A stretch of 64,000 nt of DNA, from assembly GCA_963675755.2 (NCBI GenBank), contig CAXXMD010000002.1, positions 768,001 through 832,000 on the forward strand, in the 5' to 3' direction. The position numbers and the translations under genes are program-made. Origin of the DNA: a bacterium (GTDB lineage: Bacteria; Zhuqueibacterota; Zhuqueibacteria; Residuimicrobiales; Krinioviventaceae). Position 1 is the stretch's first letter, and each line of letters begins with the position of its first letter. The notes beneath the pieces were generated by a model that had not been told where the DNA came from, made no database searches, and worked only from the letters and a program-made list of their open reading frames with translations. This document shows positions 1 through 9,489 of this stretch, in pieces.

Positions 1-138
1 AGAGCGTGCTATATGTCCATATTCGTGAGTATTGCTCGATGCATTACCAAAATCATGAGTAAAAAATGGCATCATTGCATCCAGGACCTCTTTGTCAACA
101 GGGGTCGTCGCATGATGGTCCAGATATATTGTATTCAT
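1..138 (-). CDS. iscS: cysteine desulfurase (IscS/NifS family), 5' part only; runs off the window edge
   Basis: Manual minus-strand translation from ATG at 138 gives [41 protein letters not shown], the IYLDxxATTP / FGNxSS N-terminus of IscS. Not in the ORF track. Confidence 0.9.
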   Translation of the reverse strand, partial: MNTIYLDHHATTPVDKEVLDAMMPFFTHDFGNASSNTHEYGHIARS

Positions 139-234
139 AAAAATTTACCTTTAATTTAGTTAAATCCAAGTATATAAAGTAATTTTTTTTAATGATAAAA
201 TCAAGGATTTCAATATTCAAAAAAGCAGGTAGTC

Positions 235-266
235 AAAAAAAAAGCCCCTGTATAAATACAGAGGCT
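235..266 (-). terminator. intrinsic terminator after the ferritin-like gene
   Basis: Imperfect hairpin agcccctgtat/atacagaggct, preceded on + by an A-run (U-tract on minus). Confidence 0.65.
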
Positions 267-288
267 AATAATGGGAAAAGGTAAATTA

Positions 289-807
289 TCAGGCATCTTG
301 TTCAGATGATACCTTGTTTTCAATATATTCATCCGATTCTTCCAAATCTGCTGGGTCAATATCCAGATTCAGGGGTTCTGCGAATGAAGATTCTAAAAGT
401 GCTAAATGTTGCTCACGTTCCATTGCCAAATCACGAAACAATTGACGTAATTCAGACTCTACTAAACGACGTGAAACCAATTGATAAAAATCTTTGAGCT
501 CTTTTTCATTCTTTTTAACTGTTCTTACTGCATCATTTGGATCATCACCACATTTCAACAAAGAACTCAATTTATGTTTCTTGCCGAGGTTCAAGTATAA
601 TATTTTTTTACCACTGGTTTTACTATATGTCTTGATCAACCTCTGTCTGTTCTTTTCCTCTTTTTCTGAAAGACCATGTAGTATTGCTTCAGCATCATCA
701 CTTTTAACCAGCGAAGCAGCTTTTGTATAATATAATTGCATGTCTGCTTCACATTGTATTGATACTTTAAGGGCGTCGAGAGTGTTAATAGAATTCAAAT
801 TTGTCAT
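289..807 (-). CDS. ferritin-like/rubrerythrin-family protein
   Basis: Two repeats of the E-x6-Y ... LA-x-E-ExxH pattern (CEADMQLYY; NEKELKDFY; LAMEREQH); acidic tail. Confidence 0.75.
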   Translation of the reverse strand: MTNLNSINTLDALKVSIQCEADMQLYYTKAASLVKSDDAEAILHGLSEKEEKNRQRLIKTYSKTSGKKILYLNLGKKHKLSSLLKCGDDPNDAVRTVKKNEKELKDFYQLVSRRLVESELRQLFRDLAMEREQHLALLESSFAEPLNLDIDPADLEESDEYIENKVSSEQDA

Positions 808-1022
808 CTAACTCTACCTCCTTATCCGAAATACAGATCATTTAATATATATTTAAACATCAAAAACATATTAGTTTGTTTATTGACAATACAATGTATA
901 AAATAATGCTTTAAAGCACAATTCAACAATTGTAAACAATTGTAATAAACTATTGTTTTTATATGTATATATAACGTTTTTTTGAAGCGATTTGTTCCGG
1001 AGAAAAGTAGAAAAATGAATTA

Positions 1023-2297
1023 TTATTCAATGTCAGCGAGTATATAAGGCCCTTTTGGTATAACCACAATTTTTGCATTTTCACCATATTTTTGCATAGA
1101 TTGTTCAATAGCCTGTTCTACGGTTTCTGCCCAATTGACATGAATACTGTCTTTTTGCTGAGCAGACAAACCATTGGAAACAAGAATTACGTTGGCTTTT
1201 CTGGTTACTTTAACATATTCCTGAAATTGCCATTGATCAATTACAAAAAAATCCGGTGAAAATAGTTTTTGGGAAAATTCATCCAAGTCTTTAAAGTCCT
1301 GAACGAGTTTGGTAAAATGATCACTTCCTACTCCCTGACTACATTCAGAAGCAATTATTATGGTTCCACCCTCTTTAACTAATGGAAGTGCGGCAGTCAT
1401 TCCTTTAATGGTTTGATAATATGTTGCATCCAGTGGATACCCGGCAGATGTAGTTACTACAATATCAGCGGGTTCAGGTATAGTATCCCGTACATGTGAT
1501 TTAACAAAATCAATACCTGCTTTATGAGCGGCATCTAGTTCACCTGAAAAAATACCACTTATTTTTTTTTGCTCATTCAAAGCTACGTTTACAATAAAAT
1601 CCACTCCGGCCATTTTTGCAATTTCTAACGCCTCTTCATGAAAGGGATTACCGTCAATTACACCTTCGCGAGCATTGTCATGGGACAATATCTCTGGTCC
1701 ATGCATCACTTTGACAGTTTCAATACTTGCAATTCCAGGTACTACCAGTTTTCGGCCACCTGAAAAACCAGCCATTAAATGAGGTTCAATAAAGCCGGTA
1801 GCAATTTTAAAATCGGCATTTACAAAACGTTTATCGATCCATACATCGGTATTTTTACTGGTTTTACCCAAGAACTCGTGTGATTTAAGATTGGTTGCTT
1901 CATGGTTTTTTATATGGTATTTTGAAGCAATTTCATCACCTACAAGTTCAATCAATTCATCACCCAAATTGGGACGATGGATACCCGTTGCAATGAGAAT
2001 CAATATATCATCATGAGATAAGCCTGCAGCATGCAAGGTTTTTAAAAGAGGTGGTAAAATCAAACGATTGGGAACCGGTCTGGTAATGTCACATATAAGA
2101 ATACAAGCGGATTGTTTCCCGCGTGCCATATCAAAAAAAGATCTGTCATACCCTATGGGTCTCAATAAAGATTTGGTGATTTCTATATAGGTATCTGATA
2201 TGGGTTCAGAATCGGACATGGAAAGTATTTTTAACAAGTTTTTATCAGGTACGTCAACTTTTAATCCGGTTTTTCCATAATCCAATTGAATTTGCAT
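1023..2297 (-). CDS. larA: nickel-pincer-dependent lactate racemase family protein (LarA homologue)
   Basis: DITRP, ATGIHR, EPHLMAGFSGGRK and YQTIKG motifs typical of LarA; 424 aa. Confidence 0.88.
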   Translation of the reverse strand: MQIQLDYGKTGLKVDVPDKNLLKILSMSDSEPISDTYIEITKSLLRPIGYDRSFFDMARGKQSACILICDITRPVPNRLILPPLLKTLHAAGLSHDDILILIATGIHRPNLGDELIELVGDEIASKYHIKNHEATNLKSHEFLGKTSKNTDVWIDKRFVNADFKIATGFIEPHLMAGFSGGRKLVVPGIASIETVKVMHGPEILSHDNAREGVIDGNPFHEEALEIAKMAGVDFIVNVALNEQKKISGIFSGELDAAHKAGIDFVKSHVRDTIPEPADIVVTTSAGYPLDATYYQTIKGMTAALPLVKEGGTIIIASECSQGVGSDHFTKLVQDFKDLDEFSQKLFSPDFFVIDQWQFQEYVKVTRKANVILVSNGLSAQQKDSIHVNWAETVEQAIEQSMQKYGENAKIVVIPKGPYILADIE

Positions 2298-2316
2298 GCG
2301 AGAATCTCTCCTTGTT

Positions 2317-2940
2317 TTATTTGTTTTTATACAATGCAGGATTAAATCTGGGGTCGTTGTACATTTTATATTGACGATAAATCTTGTGACGCTTACGTGC
2401 CTGGCGTAAATCTAACATTAATTTATCCAATGCTCTGCCAAGATCATCGCGTTGTTCATTTAACACATCCAGACGCTTTTTAGATAAATCCTGATGCTCT
2501 TTATCCGCATCTTTACGTTCAACCTCTTCCTGCATATGAAAAATCTTTAAACAGATTATTGAAAGACGGTCAATGATACTGCCCGGTGTTTCAGAATTGG
2601 ATTCAATATTATTATCCGGTTCTATACCGGCATTTTGTAAAACAGTATCAATCCATATATCAACACGTTCAATTGAATCGTTGCGGATTTGATTATATTT
2701 ATCAATATGACGTTTACAATCTACAATAACAGCATCTTCTACATCTGTTCTGCGAGCATCATCTTCATAATGCCAGATTGTAAAATTATTATAATGGATC
2801 CATTGGGTCATACCTTTGGGAGAATGATGGTCTTCCGGTTCCAGCGGACCCGTATTGTGCCACAATTCTACAAGATCGGTATACCATTCAATTAATCGAT
2901 CACTTTTAAATGGGGTCAATATTTCAGATAATGAACTCAA
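2317..2940 (-). CDS. DUF4254 domain protein
   Basis: WHYEDDARR, IDKYNQIRND, SETPGSIIDRLSI and YRQYKMYNDPRFNP motifs. Confidence 0.85.
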   Translation of the reverse strand: MSSLSEILTPFKSDRLIEWYTDLVELWHNTGPLEPEDHHSPKGMTQWIHYNNFTIWHYEDDARRTDVEDAVIVDCKRHIDKYNQIRNDSIERVDIWIDTVLQNAGIEPDNNIESNSETPGSIIDRLSIICLKIFHMQEEVERKDADKEHQDLSKKRLDVLNEQRDDLGRALDKLMLDLRQARKRHKIYRQYKMYNDPRFNPALYKNK

Positions 2941-3022
2941 GGCTCCTCCTAAATTTTCAGTTATCTAATTTATGAATATTGGACTTGAAATGCAAGTCTA
3001 TAGAATGTATTTTTATTTTTCA

Positions 3023-3053
3023 TTTGCGTTTTAAATATTATTTCGTATCTTTG
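3023..3053 (+). promoter_or_regulatory. putative promoter of the riboswitch/TonB receptor transcript
   Basis: TTGCGT-N16-TATCTT directly upstream of the aptamer; also readable as TTTG-N19-TATCTTTG. Confidence 0.45.
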
Positions 3054-3056
3054 TTT

Positions 3057-3136
3057 ATCCGTTAGGGGTGGTCCCTAAGACCTGAGATTACACCCTAAGA
3101 ACCTGACCTGGTTAATACTAGCGTAGGGAAACGGTA
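3057..3136 (+). ncRNA. TPP riboswitch (THI box)
   Basis: GGGGTG...CTGAGA..TACACCC...GAACCTGA.CTGGTTAATACTAGCGTAGGGAA matches the TPP aptamer core; the P1 stem is ccgtt/aacgg. Confidence 0.93.
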
Positions 3137-3163
3137 AAACATTTTATCTTTTTAAAATGCTGG

Positions 3164-3197
3164 ACCGTTTTCCTAAAAGGAAATCGGTTTTTTCATT
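3164..3197 (+). terminator. riboswitch expression-platform terminator
   Basis: Hairpin accgttttcct-aaa-aggaaatcggt plus a T-run. Its 5' arm can alternatively pair with ggaaacggt at the aptamer 3' end (antiterminator). Confidence 0.75.
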
Positions 3198-3209
3198 TTA
3201 GGAGGACAA

Positions 3210-5627
3210 ATGTTAACAAAAACTGTAAAACTTTTGATCTTGTTTTCTACTCTACTCTGCTTCACTACAGTTCACGCGGCCACAATCCGTGGTACAATTA
3301 TTCACGCTACAGAAAAAACTCCGGTTATTGGTGCAAATATTATGATTGCATCAACAAATCTGGGCTCCAGCACAAACGACGATGGAGAATTTGTTATAAA
3401 CAATATCCCTCCCGGTAACTATCAATTGGTGGTAAACCACATTGGTTTCAAGGTGTCCAAGCAAAATATCAACCTTGCAACCCGCGATATAGAGGTATTA
3501 TTCACGCTTTATCCCCGCATTATTGAAGGGCAACAAATTACTGTTTCCGCATTACGCGCAGAGAACCGCAAGAGCCCGGTTGCATTTACAGATTTAACTG
3601 AAAAAGAAATTGATGATAAATACTGGGCACAGGAAATCCCACTGCTGCTCAACGATGTTCCGGGTGTTTATGCTTATTCGTATACAGGCAGCGGATTGGG
3701 ATATTCGGAAGTCAAAATGCGTGGTTTTGATGCAACACGAGTAGGTGTTACGCTTAACGATGTTCCTTTGAATGATCCGCTTGACCATATAACATATTTC
3801 TATGATCTACCGGATATTAGTGCAAACGTGCAGGACATACAGGTTCAACGGGGTGTTGCCAATTCACTCTATGGAACTGGCGCACTAGCGGGTTCTGTAA
3901 ATATTCGTACAGAATCAGCAGGCAATGAAAGATATCTACGGTATACAGCCGGAACAGGCAGCTACAACACACGAAAACACACTTTTGCTTTTGGTTCAGG
4001 CCTGGTTGACAATACATATTCATTTTATGGTCGTTTTTCCAAAGTAAAAACAGATGGATATCGGGACAATTCATGGGTCGATTCATGGTCCTATTTCTTT
4101 AGTGCTTCCAGATATGATGAAAATTTCACAACTACTGTCAATTTGTTTGGCGGCCCCATGAAAGCACATTTTGCCTGGGAAGGTATCACTAAAGAAGAAC
4201 TTGAAGACAATCACCGATTAAACTATGATACATACAAAGGTGCGGCAGACAACTTTAATCAACCGCAATATCAATTAATTAACGAATGGACACCTGCAGA
4301 TAATTTCAAACTGACATCCACCATGTTTCATGTTAAAGGTGATGGTTATTACGAACAACTAAAATCCGGTGAGAATTTAACTGATTACAATATGTTAGAA
4401 TTTTCAATGGGGAATACTACGATCAGTGAAACCGATCTGGTAAGACAGAAATGGGTGGATAAATCACAATACGGTTGGATTCCTCGTATCGAATACATTG
4501 CCGGCAGAAACAATATCTCTGTAGGTGGCGAATTCAGCATATTCAAATCACATCACTGGGGTGAAGTGATTTGGGCAAATCAGATGTCTCCGGGTATACA
4601 ACCTGGGCATATTTATTATAAACATAACATAGATAAAAACTCGGCAGCAGTTTATATAAACGATCTGTTTGAAATAACACCAGATTTATTCTTGAAAGCA
4701 GATTTGCAATTTCAACACATTGCTTTTGATTTTGATCAGGAAGAAATGGGTGCCTTTTATGGTCATAGCTATGAATTGAATTACAATTTCATAACACCAA
4801 GATTGGGTTTAAACTATAATATTAACAAGCAGATGAACATTTTTGGTAATTTTTCTGTAGCTAAACGTGAACCCAAAGATGGGGATATCTATGACGCAGA
4901 CGATACCGGAGCTATTCCCCTGTTCAAAACTATAAATCCGGCACAAGGGATTTATGAGGATCCCTATATTGATGCAGAAACCTTGTATGATTTTGAATCC
5001 GGATTCGGTTATGAATTCGAACATACAAGATTTAAATTGAATGCGTATTGGATGGATTTTCGAAATGAAATTGTAGCAACTGGTGGTATAACTGACGATG
5101 GTTATCCCATTTATGGTAATGCCGATAAATCTGTACATAGAGGCATTGAGTTAGAAATGAAACATTTATTACCTGCTCAATTCATGATTTCTCTGAACGG
5201 TTCATATAATGATAACTATTTTGTAGACTATATAGAATATCTTTGGAATGAGGATTATAGCGGTAACATTCAAAAAGACAGAAGCGGAAATACTATTGCT
5301 AATTTCCCCAAAATGATGATGAATGCAGGTATTTCAAAATCATTGGGCCCCATATCTGCCTCATTATCACTGCAACATGTAGGAAAAATCTTTTTGGATA
5401 ATTCACAGAACGATGAACTTGCAATTGATCCTTACAATGTTGTTAATTTTGCTGCTCATGCAAAATTACCCCAATACTTTGGTCCATTACACTTGTCTTT
5501 GTCCGTACATGTGAACAATTTACTTGATGAAAAATATGAACTTTCAGGTTATACTTGGGATGGTGTAGGTTATTATATACCAGCTGCGGAACGTAATTTC
5601 TTTGTATCTTTGCAATCACAGTTATAG
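3210..5627 (+). CDS. TonB-dependent receptor, probably for thiamine or a thiamine precursor
   Basis: Signal peptide, carboxypeptidase-regulatory-like N-domain, plug (MRGFDATRVGVTLNDVPLND; QVQRG..SLYGTGALAGSVN), barrel ending NNLLDEKY...RNFFVSL; lies under a TPP riboswitch. Confidence 0.9.
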   Translation: MLTKTVKLLILFSTLLCFTTVHAATIRGTIIHATEKTPVIGANIMIASTNLGSSTNDDGEFVINNIPPGNYQLVVNHIGFKVSKQNINLATRDIEVLFTLYPRIIEGQQITVSALRAENRKSPVAFTDLTEKEIDDKYWAQEIPLLLNDVPGVYAYSYTGSGLGYSEVKMRGFDATRVGVTLNDVPLNDPLDHITYFYDLPDISANVQDIQVQRGVANSLYGTGALAGSVNIRTESAGNERYLRYTAGTGSYNTRKHTFAFGSGLVDNTYSFYGRFSKVKTDGYRDNSWVDSWSYFFSASRYDENFTTTVNLFGGPMKAHFAWEGITKEELEDNHRLNYDTYKGAADNFNQPQYQLINEWTPADNFKLTSTMFHVKGDGYYEQLKSGENLTDYNMLEFSMGNTTISETDLVRQKWVDKSQYGWIPRIEYIAGRNNISVGGEFSIFKSHHWGEVIWANQMSPGIQPGHIYYKHNIDKNSAAVYINDLFEITPDLFLKADLQFQHIAFDFDQEEMGAFYGHSYELNYNFITPRLGLNYNINKQMNIFGNFSVAKREPKDGDIYDADDTGAIPLFKTINPAQGIYEDPYIDAETLYDFESGFGYEFEHTRFKLNAYWMDFRNEIVATGGITDDGYPIYGNADKSVHRGIELEMKHLLPAQFMISLNGSYNDNYFVDYIEYLWNEDYSGNIQKDRSGNTIANFPKMMMNAGISKSLGPISASLSLQHVGKIFLDNSQNDELAIDPYNVVNFAAHAKLPQYFGPLHLSLSVHVNNLLDEKYELSGYTWDGVGYYIPAAERNFFVSLQSQL

Positions 5628-5633
5628 CATAAA

Positions 5634-5660
5634 GCCCTTTCTCTTTAATAGAGAAAGGGC
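5634..5660. terminator. hairpin between convergent genes
   Basis: Perfect stem gccctttctct-N5-agagaaagggc. Confidence 0.65.
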
Positions 5661-5665
5661 AACAT

Positions 5666-6202
5666 TTACATAGGTGGTGGATTGTTCCAATCAATTGGAC
5701 CGTTAACAAAACGATATTGTAAACGGGCAAGTACTACCTGGCCCCAAACTGCATCAAAATACTCGTAAGCCTTTTGCCACTCTTCCCCATCTTTCCAGCC
5801 AGTATGTTCAAGCATAACCCGGGTTTCATTTTCGGAAACAGGTTCAAAATTCACAGTTACCCGGGTATGTTCTTTGCGAACATTTGATAAATGTGGTGGA
5901 GCGTTCCAGGTAAATACCAAAAGACTTACAGGTTTTATTTGTTCTATAATACAACCTTCGCTTCCTCGGGAACCTTTTTCTGCAGATGTATCAAAATACA
6001 ATTCATATGCGCCCCCTACCCTGGCTTCAATTTTACAATCAGACGCAAAAAAGGTTTTAGCGCCCTCATTAGTTGTCCAGACATTCCAAACTGAATCTAA
6101 AGGAGCATTAACAATTGCTGTTTTTTTAATGATCTTATCCATAGCAAAAGTATTTGATATAATTAACAGCAATAAAATAAACACAAATCGTCTTAACATC
6201 AT
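5666..6202 (-). CDS. secreted SRPBCC/AHSA1-domain protein
   Basis: Signal peptide; VNAPLDSVWNVWTT, VGGAYEL, LVFTW, TRVMLEHTGW motifs. Confidence 0.8.
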   Translation of the reverse strand: MMLRRFVFILLLLIISNTFAMDKIIKKTAIVNAPLDSVWNVWTTNEGAKTFFASDCKIEARVGGAYELYFDTSAEKGSRGSEGCIIEQIKPVSLLVFTWNAPPHLSNVRKEHTRVTVNFEPVSENETRVMLEHTGWKDGEEWQKAYEYFDAVWGQVVLARLQYRFVNGPIDWNNPPPM

Positions 6203-6582
6203 TTCATTTCCGGTAAATGTTTAAATTTATACTTAAAAGGTAATTGTTCGAGCTGATCAGGTAAAGGTTTTAACAATCCAGTTCCAACGTGAGGATAAAC
6301 TCGTAGAATTTTAGCATCAACTTGCGGATCAAGAGCCATTCTTGGCATATTTTTATCAACTTGAGGATCAACAGGCAATGAAGGAATTGTGATATGATTT
6401 TTATTCTGGTATCGATGTTTGTAGAAATCGGGTACCAGTATCTTTGGATGTTGTTTTAAACTGTCGATATTTAAATAATTATTCAAGGATTCAGGAACCG
6501 GTACATTCTGCTTGTCGTCATTTTCAGCAATGGCAACACCTGATAAAATTAAAGTACAAAAGACCAACAATACTTTGGGCAT
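6199..6582 (-). CDS. hypothetical secreted protein
   Basis: Signal peptide; Pro-rich; internal DPQVD repeat; overlaps the next gene by 4 nt. Confidence 0.6.
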   Translation of the reverse strand: MPKVLLVFCTLILSGVAIAENDDKQNVPVPESLNNYLNIDSLKQHPKILVPDFYKHRYQNKNHITIPSLPVDPQVDKNMPRMALDPQVDAKILRVYPHVGTGLLKPLPDQLEQLPFKYKFKHLPEMK

Positions 6583-6662
6583 ATTGAACTCCAGGTAGAA
6601 TGAAATTATTAATATTTTAAATTATACGTTTAAAAAAATTACCGGTTCCTTGCATTTCTCTA

Positions 6663-8135
6663 TTATTTAAATAAATGGTTATATTTTTGATATGCCTCAT
6701 CCCACATGACTGTTTCCTGTGGTTCAAAAGTCTTCATTTCAAAAGAATTTTTAACAATTTCTCGTCCTTCTTCTATTGAACCAATTTCTCCAGCGGTAAT
6801 TGCCTGGACCATAATATTACCAATGGCAGTCGCTTCGATTGGACCGGCAACAACAGGAATTCCACATGCATTTGCCGCGTATTGATTCAACAATTCGTTT
6901 TGAGAACCACCACCAACAATATGCAATGTTGTAATTTTACTGTCACTGATCTGATTAATTATTTCAATCACATAACGATATTTTAACGCCAAACTTTCCA
7001 AAATAGTTCGGGTAAACTCGCCGGGTGTTTCCGGTGCCGGTTGATTTTTATTTGAACAATATTCACATATGGCTTTGATCATGTTTGGCGGATTTAAAAA
7101 TATGGGATCATCAGGGTGAATGATTGCCTTAAACGGAGTAGCCGATTTTGCACTCTCTAGCAATACTCCAAAATCAGCTGAAATACCATTATCAATCCAT
7201 TCTTTACGGCATCCATTTAACAACCACATTCCCATAATATTTTTCAAGAAACGGATTGTATCATTAATGCCACCTTCATTGGTAAAGTTGCTGCTCAATG
7301 TAAGATCATTTATCAATGGTGACGCGGTTTCAATTCCCATTAATGACCAGGTACCACTGCTCAAATAGGCCCAGTTTTCACCTTTGGCCGGTACAGCGGC
7401 AACCGCACTTGCTGTATCATGACTTGCAGGTGCTACAACATCTATATTAGATGCTCCTGTTTCAGAAGCGATATCACTTAGAATAGGACCAATTCGGGTT
7501 CCGGTTTTTACAATTTCCGGCATAATATCAATTGGTAATGAGAGTTTTGCAAAAATTTCGGGTTCCCATTGTCTGGTGTTAGCATTCAACAACTGAGAGG
7601 TTGAGGCTATCGAATACTCTGAAACCATCTCTCCGGTAAACATGTAATTTAACAAATCAGGAGTAAATAAAAGCTTTTCTGATACAGGTAGTAATGGATG
7701 ACTGGTTTTGACCATGCTATATAACTGAAAAACAGAATTAAACTGCATAAATTGGATACCGGTATATTTATACATATCTTTCGCCGGCATCATTTTAAAG
7801 GCCTCTTCCATGATATCATTGGTACGGGAATCACGATATGAATATGGATTTCCCAACAAAACATTATCACGACCAATTAAACCAAAATCCACACCCCATG
7901 TATCTACACCCAGACTGGTTATGTTTTTATAACCTTTTTTTATAGAGTTAGATAAGGCTTCTTTTAACTCTTCGAATAACTTTAAAATATCCCAATAATA
8001 ATGACCCCACAGTAATACCTGAACATTAGGGAATCGATGCACTTCTGTTAATTCAATTTTTCCATTCTCAAGACTTCCAACAATTCCTCTACCACTACTG
8101 GCACCAATATCAAAAGCGAGATACTCCCTTTTCAT
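6663..8135 (-). CDS. rhaB: rhamnulokinase-family FGGY sugar kinase
   Basis: LAFDIGASSGR, GVDTWGVDFG, HDTASAV, LSSGTWSLMG, FTNEGG, LKNIMGMW motifs. Confidence 0.85.
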   Translation of the reverse strand: MKREYLAFDIGASSGRGIVGSLENGKIELTEVHRFPNVQVLLWGHYYWDILKLFEELKEALSNSIKKGYKNITSLGVDTWGVDFGLIGRDNVLLGNPYSYRDSRTNDIMEEAFKMMPAKDMYKYTGIQFMQFNSVFQLYSMVKTSHPLLPVSEKLLFTPDLLNYMFTGEMVSEYSIASTSQLLNANTRQWEPEIFAKLSLPIDIMPEIVKTGTRIGPILSDIASETGASNIDVVAPASHDTASAVAAVPAKGENWAYLSSGTWSLMGIETASPLINDLTLSSNFTNEGGINDTIRFLKNIMGMWLLNGCRKEWIDNGISADFGVLLESAKSATPFKAIIHPDDPIFLNPPNMIKAICEYCSNKNQPAPETPGEFTRTILESLALKYRYVIEIINQISDSKITTLHIVGGGSQNELLNQYAANACGIPVVAGPIEATAIGNIMVQAITAGEIGSIEEGREIVKNSFEMKTFEPQETVMWDEAYQKYNHLFK

Positions 8136-8159
8136 CCTAATCCCTTTCTATTACTACAG

Positions 8160-9350
8160 TTACAACGTTTCTTTCAATAATTCTATTACGCCATTTTTCA
8201 ATTTTTCTTCAGAAGATTTTCCTGAACCTATTGTGTACAATCGCACTTTACCTTTTTTATCAATTAGAACCATGTGCGGTATTCCATAAACACCAAATGC
8301 TCTGGCGTTTGCAGCACCATCAGATGAATTTGAAATTGCTGTTGGAATGGTTATATTCATATTTTCTTTGAATTTTTTTACCCATTCGTCTTCACGTTCA
8401 GGTGAAATGTTTTTTAAATTTTTTCCAAGTTGGTTAAAATACCCATAGTATTGAGTCACTCCAATGGCCTGAAATCCTTGATCGCCATATTCCTCATAAA
8501 GAGATTGTAAAAATGGCAGTATATCTCTGCAAGGCGGACACCAGGGGGCCCAAAAGTCTAACAAAACAACTTTGCCTTTTAAAGATGCCAATGGTAATGG
8601 ATCAGAGCCTAACCATTTATCAACTTTTAGTTCAGTTGCAGGTTTGCCGACCATTTCAATCAATTGTCGTTTTGCAGCAATTTTTTTAAGATTATTAGGC
8701 GTCAGGTTATCTATGGATTCAGCCTGTTTGATAATTTCCAGAGCTTTTTTCGATTCATTCATGGTTATAAATAATTCGGCTTTATCCAGCAGCAAAGAGA
8801 CGGTTAATGTAGAGTCAACATTTTCAATTGCATTATCTACAACACGTAAGGCATTTTCAAACTCGCCTTCTTCAATATATCCGTATTGCATATAGGAATA
8901 ATAGTTTTCAATTTTTGGGGGTTGTTTTTCTAATATATGAGATTGAAACAAGTCTTCTGATTTGTCAATTTCACCTTCATACACATACAACTGAAACAAC
9001 AGATCCAGAAATTCAATGTCTGCATCATCTATAGATTTACGTTCCATAACCTGAATTGCTTTATCAAATTGCTCGGAAAAATAATACAATTGAGCTGCGG
9101 CAAACAAATCTGATTCCGGAACCTGTTCAGGATTCATTTTAGCAGTATATTTTTCTGCAAGTAATTTTTGCTCATTGCGTAAACTATCATGATCTGACAA
9201 TCCGGATTGAACGCCTTTAATCAAGATACTGTCTACCTCTGCAATCTTTTGCTGCAAATTATCATAAGTATCGGTACCACAAGAGGTTAAAATAAATATG
9301 GAAATTACACTAAAAAATAACGAAAAACCTAAAAAAGCGCGAAAATTCAT
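8160..9350 (-). CDS. lipoprotein with TPR-like region and TlpA-like thioredoxin domain
   Basis: Likely start MNFRAF at 9350; lipobox ILTSC; LLDFWAPWCPPC; YGIPHMVLIDKKG. Confidence 0.82.
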   Translation of the reverse strand: MNFRAFLGFSLFFSVISIFILTSCGTDTYDNLQQKIAEVDSILIKGVQSGLSDHDSLRNEQKLLAEKYTAKMNPEQVPESDLFAAAQLYYFSEQFDKAIQVMERKSIDDADIEFLDLLFQLYVYEGEIDKSEDLFQSHILEKQPPKIENYYSYMQYGYIEEGEFENALRVVDNAIENVDSTLTVSLLLDKAELFITMNESKKALEIIKQAESIDNLTPNNLKKIAAKRQLIEMVGKPATELKVDKWLGSDPLPLASLKGKVVLLDFWAPWCPPCRDILPFLQSLYEEYGDQGFQAIGVTQYYGYFNQLGKNLKNISPEREDEWVKKFKENMNITIPTAISNSSDGAANARAFGVYGIPHMVLIDKKGKVRLYTIGSGKSSEEKLKNGVIELLKETL

Positions 9351-9428
9351 AAACACACCTTTGCATAAAAATACTATTATTATTGACTTACAATATACAA
9401 ATTCTTGTGTGTCTATCAAATAAAAATT

Positions 9429-9466
9429 AAAAAAAATCCTGTACCGCAATAACAGTACAGGATTTT
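9429..9466 (-). terminator. terminator of the PadR/NifX/Mrp operon
   Basis: Hairpin aaatcctgtac...gtacaggattt with an A-run on +. Confidence 0.7.
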
Positions 9467-9489
9467 CAATAAAAAATTTAAATTATAAA

